Assembly: GCA_036172245.1 (NCBI GenBank)
Contig: JAYWIR010000014.1
Location: 2,294,001-2,358,000 of the forward strand
Source: Raillietiella orientalis
Taxonomy: Eukaryota
Reading direction: 5' to 3'
Length of the DNA stretch: 64,000 nt
The position numbers were made by a program, and so were the translations under genes. Of the stretch, positions 11,701 through 23,700 are shown in pieces; position 1 is the first letter of the stretch, and every line of letters starts with the position of its first letter. The notes below the pieces were generated by a model. It was not told the origin of the DNA. It was given only the letters and a program-made list of their open reading frames with translations, and made no database searches.

Positions 11701-14700
11701 GCGATCTGCAGTCAGAGATGATTGACGGATGCAGTCTCATTACCGGGGAGCGCGGAGCGCGGAGGAAAACCTGCCTTCGCTCGTTACCCCTCCGCCTTGC
11801 ATGCATTTCTTCGTCGCAGGCGTTCCTCTTTTCCCCGTCGTTTCCATGCCAACGCATGAGTGGCTCCAGGAACATGGGTGTTGCGGTCGCTCCCTCTTCC
11901 AGCTGCCAGAGCCATAACAGCGGACGGACGCCCCACTTGGAATCTCAGTCCCCTCCGACGTGTTCGGGAAAGGGCTCTCGCGAAGATGGACAGACCCGAC
12001 CACCCCTCCGGGAGAACTTCTGAATCGGCTTCAGTACTGCTCTTGAGTAGTGACGCGCGTTCCTAAGAGCGACGCTTTCCTTTTTCCGCACTCTAGGGTG
12101 CCATCGGAAACCCAGAACGGCGCGCCTTCCTGTGCCGCCTGCCTTCGTGTTTCCTTTGTGATCGGAGAGCACCCTATCCGCCTCTTTGGTTGCATCATGT
12201 GGCAGCCGAGCAGAGGCTGCAGCCTCTCGATGAGGAAAAGATGGTGGAACGGGACCGTGGGTGTGAAGCGAACGAACCGAGGATCCCTGTTTGAAACCCG
12301 GCCCTCCTGGTGCTCTTTGCTTTTCTGTTTTCGGTGTTTTCTTGCTTTTTTTTTTATTCTCATTTTTTCCCGGTACGTGCGCTTTTATGCAACGAAGGCC
12401 CGACGATTCTTTTACTGCCGTTACGAGCAGGCGCACCAGTCCACATCCAGAGGACTCGCTTTCTTCCCGTGTTCCAACATCCTCCTGATATCGGGAATCT
12501 GGGTCGGACAGCAAGGTTTCGAAATTCGTCCAGTGGCGTTCGCTGTCGATGAAGCCGAGCACGCACAGGAGGGGGAAAGTTTCAGGAGAAATCTTTACGA
12601 GAAGAAAACGTCCTTAGCAGCAGCGGGATATCCCAGGGTGTTTTTGTAGCACAACAGGGCGGTTGCGCCTTCTCGAACTGGAGAGTCCAGAACGAACTGC
12701 GCTTGCGATTCGAGCGCTTACTGCGAAGGATGAAAAGTTTTCAGAGTCGTCTTTCGGGTTCCTTATGGTCCTATGGTTGAGAGCGGAAGCTGAATATGCT
12801 CGCGCGTTAAATCACTTGGTCTGAAGAGGAGTGCCCGATGTTGTGAGGACAGTCGCTGAAGGATCCTTCAAATCTCGGGATCCAAGAAACGATGAATGGT
12901 CAGGGGGACGGGAAATTCCCGAGGAACCCAAAACATCAGAAAATAAACGTCGCGCTCGGGCTTACGGAATGTCCACGGGAATCATCGGATGGATCACCGC
13001 CCGCTGCGAAAGACCCCTGGCAAAATCTCAGGAGCTGTAGAGAAGAGAGAGGGGAAGATGTCGATGACCGAATGCAGCACTTCCACGGGGTTTTGCACGT
13101 TCACGCATGCACCATTCACACGCGCACATGCGTGGAACCATTGCTAACCTGAGAGAGCACCTCTCATCTCGGCCTCATGCATGCACGCGTGCTGCAGTCG
13201 TTGGCATGCTGAGCACGTTGAGGGCCTCGCCTCCGTGAAGCCCCGCCTTGCCGTGAGAGAGGAAAAGCGGGAGAGAATCCGTTAAACTACAGGAATTTCC
13301 ACTGTTCCAACTTTTCCTTGGTGCCGCAAGCGTTGCTCCCAGATCCCTTCGATCGCAGCGGATGTGTCCGGGAGCTCTGGCGACGGGTGGCATTTGCGAG
13401 CGACAGCATCATCTCGCGAGAAGCTCACCAAATGCTTACCGTGAAGCGTCTGCAGACCATCCCTCAACTCCACATCTCCTCTTTCCGTCCAAGTCCCGAT
13501 ACCTCTCTACCTTGCGTGAGTCGCTTCGCCGCCAGGCCTTCGAGCGTGATGCCTCGAGGGAGGGACTTGTGAAGAAACAAGAACATCCAACGTCTACATC
13601 CAGCTTTATCCCAGAAAACATGAATTGTATTGCAAAGGAAAAGGGGGCGAAAGCTGCCTCTAAGAGGGGAGCAGGATCACAGGACTTGGATGTGAAGGAT
13701 AAAGAGGGAGAAAACTTTCTGAAGAGATGCTCACGAACTGTTTATGTGTACGGGGATGCGCAAAAAGGAAATGGAGAAGTTTCAAGGAAGAGATAGATGC
13801 ACTTGAAGAGTCTGCTCTAGAGTCCACAGTCTGGAAGATTTCCAAGACCGGCTTACAAAGGAACTGAAATCCGGTTTCGAGCGATCCCGGAAGAGAATGT
13901 AACTATTGAAAGACCCTTTCCAGACCGATCTTTCGCGGCCTCTGAGAAGTACTCCTAATCACTTTTCCTCTCTTCACCTCCATTCAGTACAACTGTTAGG
14001 GTAGAACGTATGGAAAAGTGCCTTAAGGCACTCCCCACACGTTCAATTTCAACCCACGCTCTGTTCCTTTCTTACCTGCTCCTTGAACTTTTCCCTCACT
14101 TTATCACACATTTCTTTCGCTGTCCTAGCATAATTCCAACCCTACCCTCACCTTTGTCTCCAAGTTACCCGATTTCTACGTTGCCTTCTTTCCCTCTCGT
14201 CATCTGTGGCACATCCCGACGGGAAAGGTAGGGGAAAGTTACGGGAGAGAGCAGGTTTTCTTCCATCCTCGAACCTATCGAGAACGCCTCGAGTCTCGGA
14301 TTGCTCTTCTTCCAGACTCAGCTGCCGAAACAGGACGTCGGTCGAGAAAAGGCGCTCCAGAGAGGCGCTGCCTATCCATTCCGAGACATGGGTTGAGGAG
14401 TCTTCCCCTTCTCTCGTACTGTCGCACTCTGCTTTGGAAAGAACAGAGAATTCAGGATGAGGGAACTTCCTTGACGATCCTTACCTCCTTCAGTTAGTTC
14501 TTCGGGCTCTTGCAGAGAGAGAGGGGAGGAAAAAGAACCTGGAAGAACAGCGAGAATGAGAGAGGACGCTCGCTTAAACAGGGAGAGAAAGAAGAGGAGA
14601 GAAAAATGTTCCGAGCATCTGCACCGATTTAGTATGCAAAAGAAAAATCGCAGAGAGTTCGGCGTGGTGAATTGGGGTGAAAGCGGCTGACTCCAGCTGT

Positions 14701-17700
14701 CCCGTCTTTGCGCCCCGTGGATGCACCTCACCTCCCTACATCTTCTCAGATTTAATTGCCTCAGGACATCCCCTTCCCCGAGAGCTGGAGGAACTCCGGT
14801 GTCAGCGGGAAGGATGGATCGCTCTCTGGGAGCAGGATCTCCGTACCATGTGTTTCTCTTACTTTCTACACCAGAAGATCGTCTCGCCTTCCCCTTTCCC
14901 CTGCTTATCTCCCGAAAAAGGGATCCTCAAGATGGCTCTGTCATGAGTATATCCTAGTACCTTCTCCCAGTAAACCCTAATCGTCTGGCCTCATTTGTTT
15001 TTGTTTTTTTTTTGCTGGATGGGGCCCATCGACGACTCATACGGTGGACTTTCTTCTTTTCCTTCCCCGTCCGTGGGTCCTGTACCGAAACTCATCCCTC
15101 TGCAGAGATGGAGAGAGGAGCAAGACGAGGCGAACGGGCCTTCTCTCTTCTGATGCTTCGGTCCCTTCTTGGGCCTCGCAACTGCTCTGCCTACCGAAGC
15201 TCCCACTCTTCTTCCCCTGGCACTCTCGGCATCTGGGAGTGCCGCGATGCAGGCTTCTTTCCCTCACTTCCCTCAGAAAACGAAAGATTTCTCCTGGAGG
15301 AGAACTCGTTCTGTGTTCATCGTCTCCAGGAAGGAAGTGGAGCATCCCTCCGGTCTCTTCATTCTTCTCTCCTGAGGATTAGGGACCGGTGCACGGGGAT
15401 GCAAAGAGCGTACCAGGATGGACGGCTGCTAGGGCGAGGTAGATTTGTTGTTTCTCCGGAACCCACTCCGCCAGCACTTGAGGACGGGTGTCCTTCTCAA
15501 TGACGTAGTTCTCTCAGCAGGCAGTATCCTGATGGGAATCGGAGAAACGGAGCCGGAAAGAGCGGGAGACCAAGCGACTTCATCTTGGAAGGAGGGATCG
15601 GAGTTGTCCAGCGGAGCAGCTGAGTGACTGACGGGCTTGCGTTCTTCTCTGAGGAAGAAGGAACCAACGCTTCCCTTTCTACCATCTTCCTACCCTGATC
15701 TTCCGCGGTTGAGGAGTGTCACGGAGGGTCCTGCGTTCCCGGGTTCGCACGAGAGGGGGGCTCGGTTCTTGCTGCTGCTTTTCTCTCGTCTCAATCTCTC
15801 GTTTCCCAGAAAGGGAGTCCAGATATTTTTGCGGCTGTCGTTCGGTGAGATGGAAAAGTTCGACGCACACCTGACTTGGCATCCCTGCACTGATGCGCGG
15901 TTCCCTTTGTCATCCTGCCCAGGTGTCCGCAGCATTCCGAGCGGCATTTCCCACAAGGGGTAGAGGATCCGAGACGCTGTCAGTGTGGTCCATGCGGCCA
16001 CACCTCCACACCGCGTGACTCGCACTGGCGAATAGAGACGTGGTGGTGGCGGAAGGGAGTTGGTGTCCCGCAATCGAGCGCTCCGCGCAGAATACTGGGA
16101 GGAGCTCAGGTGGACAACCATCGGCATTCGAGGACAGCCACAGCGCCTCCCACGTGATCTCCTCCTCCTGCTGGGTGGATCCCGTGCACCTTCCCAGATG
16201 GTGAGCGGGAGGTTGTCTTTTGCTCAGACGGTGAACCTCCGACATCTGCGCCGGGAGGGAAGGGGAAAGATCTTCAAGGTTCCTCGTCGGACTCAATCTG
16301 AGTTTCTCGATCGCAAAACAGGCAGGGAGAAGGGAGAAGGAGGCATCTGCTCGTCGGAGCTATCGAATCTCCTCCGCCCTTGACGATCCCTGACGATGGG
16401 ATGTGCTCCCGGAGACCCTCGAGTTCTTGAGGCAGGCTCTTCCCCGACGTCAAGTGATGAGGCTGCGCCAAAGATCGCTTGGGGGAAGAGGATGGTGGTA
16501 CCAACACCAATTCAAAGAGATCGCGTGGGACGGCTTCCCACGCTGGACCTTTCCAACCTCTTCCCGACATTCTCTCTGATTCCCTCCTTTCCCCTGCTCT
16601 CCTCCAGGCCTTCCATCATCGAAAACGAGGACGTGGTCTCGACGTCGGGGTGGAACGGTCTCTTCAGCAATGACTTCTGGGGAATTCCGTTGACCCACCT
16701 GGGCTCGCACAAGTCGTACCGACCCATCTGTACGCTGACTTTCCGGATGAACCACCTGCTGCACGGCCACCATCCAATGGGCTACCATCTTCTCAACGTG
16801 CTTTGCCACTGCCTGTGCTCGTTCCTGTTCACCCGCCTGTGCCTGGCGATCCTGAGGGACGCGTTCCCTGTAGCGGTGTCCGGACTTCTGTTCTCTGTGC
16901 ATCCCATCCACACGGAGGCCGTGGCAGGCATCGTCGGTAGGGCGGACCTGCTCTCCGCCCTCTTCTTCACGTCGTCCTTCTTGCTGTACCGGGAGCATGT
17001 GAGGCGCCGGATGCGCCCTCCCGCCGCCGTCGCCTCCAGCCACCACCCTGACACGGTCTCCGCCTCAGTGAGCAAAGTGAATCCTCGTCTGGACCACCGT
17101 AACGGGTCCTCCTGCTCCTCCCCCTCTCCTTCTTCCGGGACCGCGTCCAGGTGGGCGTGCCTAATCGCCTCTTCCGCCTGCGGTGTCCTCTCCACCCTCT
17201 CCAAGGAGAACGGCGTCACCGTGCTGCTTGTGTGCATCGTCTACGACGTCTTCCTGAGCTACGGGCGCGACTCCGGTCTCCTACGGGCCCAAGCAAAGGT
17301 CAGTGCGCGCGCACTCCGTCGAGGCAGGAGGGAATGAAGGAGGGGGATCGGCAGATTAAGGGCTTGGTGAGTGGGGCGAAAGGAAGGGGATGGAGCACGT
17401 CCCTCTGGCAACGCTCTCCGGACAACTGCCAGGGTCGAGGATCCCATTTCTTCCTCCCTGGAGTCTTTCGCGTGCCTTCCTTCCGCGACCGCGGTCCAAA
17501 AGGGAGGAAATGAGCAGAAAGGAGGGAGAGAGAGCGCCACAGCAGCCATAATCGGAGATCACCGAGGTCCGAAGGGATCTCTTGATGATGATTGTGCTCG
17601 CATCAGGCGATGCAGTGCTTTGACGTGCTCTTTCGATTGAATCCAGGGGGATGATGGAGGAGCAAGGCGATGTACCAGGTCGATAGCATCCAGACTTTTC

Positions 17701-20700
17701 AAGCATTTCCCAGTCGTCCCGTTCGCTTTTCCAGTCCACCATCCGATTAGATAGTTCAGCATCGCGTGTCCTGGAACGCCTCCCCTTTCTCCCCAGCAAA
17801 GATCCTCTGGGGACTTTTCCTTTGCCCATGTGCCTTCTGCCGACTCACACGCCCTGCCTCAGAAACCAACTGCTCCTGCTCCCGCATCTCCCGGGTGTCC
17901 CAACCCTAGGGACAATGCAGGGCCGAAGGAAGGAAAGAATGTAGGTCCGAGGAACTCCGTAGCAGATGGGATCTCCATCTTCCCTCATCCGAGACACCCT
18001 TTCCCTTTTTGTGGCCAAGGAGGATCGAGCTCCACCATCTCAGCCACCCCCTTGGCTTAAGCGCTCCCCCTGCGCTCCTTCTAGTAACGCCGATCGAAGA
18101 GTCGAACCCAAAGAAGCGGGTAAGGGAGGAAGGGTGTCGAGAAGGGCGGATGGAGTCGAGAGGGGAGAGGGAGATACTCGTGAAAGCGGAAGGGAGACCG
18201 TCGGTCGTCCGGATCTCCGGGAAGGCCTCATAATCTCCGTTGACTTGAGTGAAGACCAGGTTCTGCCCTCTCCTCTCTCTCACTGAATGGAGAGGAGCGG
18301 GAAAGGTCCTCAGTGGAGTCCTTTGGGGAGCAGTTTTCTCGTCTCCTTTTTGAGGAAGAGGAAACGAAAGGCCCTTCGCTGGAGATTGGAGCGTAGCGGG
18401 AGGCTCGTGTATCCCCGCTGCTCTCCCACCGTCTCCAGAGAGGAGACCCCAGTAGGGAGCGGCAGATCAGTCGCTCTCGCACATAGACAGGAAAAGGATG
18501 TGGCAGGGAGCGTCCCTCTCCTGCACGCTCTCTCCTCTCCTCTCTGTTCCCGACTTTCGTCACCATAATGTTGCGGTGCATTCCAGACCAATCATGGGAG
18601 GCGGCTGAAGGAGAGCGTCTCCACGGTGGCTGTCGTTCTCTGCTTCACGTTGCTCTTCCGAATGAGGATGCTGGAGTACAGGCTGCCAAGCTTCTCTGCC
18701 TCCGACAACCCCGCCTCCAAATGCGATAACCTCCTTGTCAGGACTCTGACATTCCTGTATCTCCCCGTCTTCAATTTCCTCCTTCTGGTGTATCCAAAGT
18801 GGCTGAGCTTCGACTGGTCTATGGAGGTCGTGCCACTGGTGAAGACCTTCCGAGATCCGAGGATCCTGTGGATGACCTTCTTCTACGGACTGTTCCTGTA
18901 TCTGTGCCGGATGCCCATCGAGGTCAGACACGGAGTTCGCAGACTTGCAGGCCCTGCAGCGGCGCGGGGAGGCTGCGGACATGACCGCCGGAGGGCCTCC
19001 GAACCGAATGAGCTCTTGGCCGACCGTCACGGAGCGGTGCTCTCACCGGACGGGAGGAGACTTCCCTCTCCGGCGCTCCACCTCCAGGAAACTCATGGAG
19101 GTGGGGAGGGGCTGCAGATATCTCCGAGCACGACTCTTTTCCCCACCCGAGGCGACTTTGCGGACGAGCTACCGCTCGGTGCTGACGAGGGCGAGGCTCT
19201 GCTCGTCGCCCTGCTGTTCCTCGTCCTACCCTTCCTCCCGGCCTCCAATCTGTTCTTCTACGTGGGCTTCACGATCGCGGAGAGGTTGCTGTACATTCCG
19301 TCGATGGGGTACTGCCTTCTGGTCGGCCTTGGTGCCCGGAGGATGCTGAAGAGAACGGATGCTTCCCCTCCCCTAAGACGTCTCTTATATGCTCTCACTG
19401 GAGTGTCCCTGCTCTTCCTGACCCTGAAGACGGTCCAGAGGAATGGTGAATGGAAGGACGAGGAGTCTCTCTATCAGTCTGCCGTGAAGCTCGACCACCC
19501 CAAAGGTGAGAAAGGTCGTCGGCATCTTCTCAGCCTGGGGTGATGGGTAAAAGGAGGGACGGACGCGTGCCTTCCAGAGATGAGATGCGACTCCCACCTT
19601 TGCACCTCTGCGAGCGATATCGGCAGTGAATGGTGTGGCACGCCCTCTTTAATCTGCTGGATAAATCCGCAATGCAACCCCATTATTCCATGAGAGGCGT
19701 CAGTGGGTGTTTTCCATGGAGGTCGCGCTGCAGGTCCCCGCAGGAATCCCGCGAAAGGACTGCACACTCGCATTAGGAGCACCCGCGCAGACTCACGTCA
19801 AAGAGATCTTTAATTCGTAGCGGTGGGGGAGAATAAGACTTGACCTTCTCTCGGGGATCCTTCTGGTACCAACTAGAGGCTCTTGGCATTCTTCCAGGAT
19901 TCTTCCTCTATTCATCTGGGTCGCTTTTCGCCCCTTAGTATGCTGCTTCCTGTCCTTTGTTTCGCTAGAGCTGATCGCTGGTATTCTCCGGCTTCATCTG
20001 GCTGTCGGTCTTCCGTGAGACATGGGTGCATAGATGTCGCTGGAGTGCCGGATGCACAAAGCCACCATCCGGTGCTTCGCAGTCACTAAGTGCTTTTTTG
20101 GAATTCCGAGATCCCGCAACACTTCCGGATCCCAGAATCCCAGAGAGCCAGAGATGAAAGCACGCACCCCGCACTGCTTCCGCTTTCTGCCTAGCTGAAG
20201 GGCTTCTCCCTTGTACTTTTCCCGTTTTCTCTTCCTAGCTGCTCTGGACGCCTCTTCTCCACCCTCGTACGGGCAGCAGACTTTTAGCACTATAAACCAG
20301 TTTTCCTTTTTCATCACCATCACTAATCCTTTTTTCATCCCGGTTTTAAGAGGGAGCTCTGGTTACTGTGTCTACTAACCGGAGAGGAACTTTTAGTGAA
20401 CGAAATTCCCGGGAACCTGCAGCAAATGAACGAAGCAACGCATCTCGAAAGAGTGTTGTGGCTTTGTTTTCTTCCTGTAGGGTAGGAAACAGTATCCTAC
20501 AATGAGCACGCGGCTGACCGTGGTCGCGCCATCCAACCCCTCGAGTCGTCCGTTCATGTCCTAAGAGTGGTCAGCACGTGGGACCTTCCCAGATGCAAGC
20601 GCTCGAGCCTTTTCGCCACTACCCCCCACAGGGGACCTCGAGAGCATGCCCAGGAGGGTATTTTCCTGGGAGCTGGTTGGATGCTGGGGCTAACGGAAGT

Positions 20701-23700
20701 CCCTCTCTCCTCTGGTCGCGGGGACGCCAAAGCGAACGGGACGCGCGGAGTGAGGGGAAGGAGGGGAAGAGGATGGGCAGGTGTTTCTAAAGGGGGAGGA
20801 ATTTTGAACAGGTGAGGGATGTCTCGGGTCTGAGGCGGTAGGGAATTTTTTTGTCGGAGTAGGGATGTCACTGCCTGCAAACAGCAGGAAGGTGTTCCGC
20901 AGAAGCGTCCGTCCGTCCGACCGCCCATGGTGAGATGCGCGTTCTGGGAGGATCGTTTTTGAAGACACAACGTCCTCCACGCCCTGCGAATGACCCCCCC
21001 TACGTTTCAGCTTTGGGCAACCTGGGTGTCGTCTTCAGCCTTCAGAGGAGAGAAAAGGAGGCCGAGTGGGCGTACAGGCAGGCGTTACTTCGGCGACCAA
21101 ACATGGCGGACGTCCACTACAACCTGTGAGTACACCGCCTTTTTATGTTGCTCTGGGCACTGCACGGGAGGGACCGTCTTCCCTGTGGATCCTTCTTAGA
21201 ACTTGCAGAGGAGCCTACAGGGATGGCTGGGATGGCTTTCACAGGAGGTGTCCGTGGAACGCTTGATGCCTGCTAATTCCCGACCTCTCGTTTTTCTGGC
21301 CTCTCCCGGCGGCGGGTCCTGCCATCATCTCCACTATCTCGAGGTGACTCTCGACAGGGCATCCACCAACGCGTTTCCCTTCTTTTACGGGATTCCTGGA
21401 GCCGAAACTGGTGCCGAGATCTGGCGGAAAGAACTTCCAAGAAAGAACAGTTCATTCCCTTTCTCCGGAACGCTGGCTCCTGGGAGAGCAGCCAGCTGAC
21501 TGGCGAAGAAAGCAGCGGCGCCTTCCTGGTGCCTTACACCTCCTTCCTGGGGCGAGACCTCCACTTCATTCGTGTTCCTTGCGAACGGGATCGGGGTGCT
21601 GAGGTCTTCCACGTGCCTTTTTCTGCTTCTGTTCAAGATGCTTCCCTGGGACCACCGCTTAGTCAGCCGAATTGCGGCAGGGAAGCGCGTCCGGACGGTT
21701 GGAGATTTGACCCTTCCGGGATACGCGGCTGTCTCCTCACTCTCCTCCTCGCGGGCACAAGAGGACATTCTCCTACCCCTCACCCTTTGTTTCTCGTGAA
21801 GTCAGCGGGGAATCCCGGGGACTCGCTGCCGGCAGTCTCCGCTACTGCGCCTCTTTCTCCCAGTAAGGCTGTCACGCCACGAGTGGCGTACCGGAGATCT
21901 CGGCTCCAGAGACCAAGGCCGCAGCTTTTACAGGCGGAGTCCACGTTCTCCCGCCATCTCTTTGCTCCAATGAGCCAAGCGGCGCCTTCCCGGGTCGCGC
22001 GTTCGGAGGCTACGCAAGTCGGCAGCGGCCCGAGTGGGCCGCGCACACATGCGATGCGAACTGTAGTGGAGCATCCCCTTTCCCCTTCTCCCCATTTGCA
22101 ACTGAAGTCACATCGTGTGTGAACCGATTTGCGCTTTCGCGGGCCGCGCACATGGTGCGCCCAGTCCCATCTGGAAAGGCGCGCTTGGACACCTTCCCCA
22201 CGCTCGCGCCTCCCCCCGGAGATAGGGCGGCAGCTTCCCTCCGGATAAGTTGCTGACCCGGTCACGCCAGGGCATTTATTCATATGCCGGGAACGAAATT
22301 CCCAAAGGGAAACAAAAAGTAGCTGAAGGGAAGGGTCTACCAGGTCACGCAGCTCAGTCACTCCAGAAGTACGGAACGAGTGAGAGGGGGAATCAAAAAA
22401 ATAAATGAAGGGAGAGAAGGGGAGAAGGGGTCTTTGGTTTAAGCAGTTCCTCCTTTTTGGAACCGGCAAGGAATGCCGGCAGTCTCCTTGACTTCTGATT
22501 TCAAGTGAGGTGACCTAGCAACCGTCCTCGTGTAGGAGGCTGTCATAGGGTAGCCTACCTTGGCCGCGCCTGCCGACAGTTCGTCCGCGCGCGAAGAGCT
22601 GCTGCAGCAGCTTGTGGTCGGTGTCCTTCTGGCTCAGGAGCGCCGCCGCTACAGTTCGTGAAGGGGACCGCAGCCCATCAGGTCCACATGGAACAGATCG
22701 GGGATGCGTCTCCCGCGGAAACGGGGCGCAGGCGCTCGTCGCACTAGAATTCCATGTGCAGAAGCAGCAGTATGGCTTGTTCCAACGTGGCGGGGGGCGA
22801 GCACACGGAAGTGTTCAGACTCAGGGAAGGAACCGCTGGTTCGTCGGAAAAGTCGAAGGGAGTGTTGGTCGGTCAGTCCGGACGATTCGGGGCATCCGAT
22901 GCTGGCCCCGGTGTCTCTCCCGTCGCTTCTTCAGTCTCTCTTTTTAGTGCGCCATTTCACCGCTAGGGGCGCATCCCATGCAGCATCAGTTTTCCTTCTG
23001 AGACTGCTCCGCTTCCTTAATGCAGATCGCACCCTCATTGCCATCGCCGCCGCTTTCCTTGTCCCCTCGATGTAGGGAACGGAATAACCAATCCTTATCC
23101 AGGACTGTTGGGACCGTGGGCTGGCCTCAAATGTTCCGTCGCAGCGTGAGAAGGAGTGCCCGCGGCCATTTCCGCGGCGCCGTCGCTCACGATGCCGGGC
23201 TGACCTGGAATCTTTCTCCCCTTTTCCCCCATTTCCACACCCAGGGGTCCTAAGGCGTTGTTCGAGAAGATCTCTTGGCAGCGATCTGGGAGCGAAGCAA
23301 TTTCATAGCGACCTCTGGTTGCCATCCCCTCCTCCGACTCTGGAAACCGGGTGTCTCCTGTCTTGGGAAGGAAAGAAACACCCGGAGACTCCCGCGATCC
23401 ACGGAGGGGGTCGGAAGGTGAGAGTCCTGTTCCGTGTTGGTGGGAATGCAGGGAGTCGGCTTGCCATGGGAGAGGCGACGGTCGCACCGAGTGCAACGCG
23501 CCGCCACCGCGCGCTCTCTCGCTAGCTCGCCGTGAGCCTTCCGGCCGGCGACTCGGTGCCGGCAAGAGCGCGCTCCTGGCAACCCTGAAAGGCAGATCGT
23601 TGCCAGCAACAGCCACTTCGGCTCTCCATTTCCCGCGTACCCTTGGTTCCAAATGGGACTCTCAAACCTTCCGCGGATCCCCGTCCTTTCTTCCGCTTAT

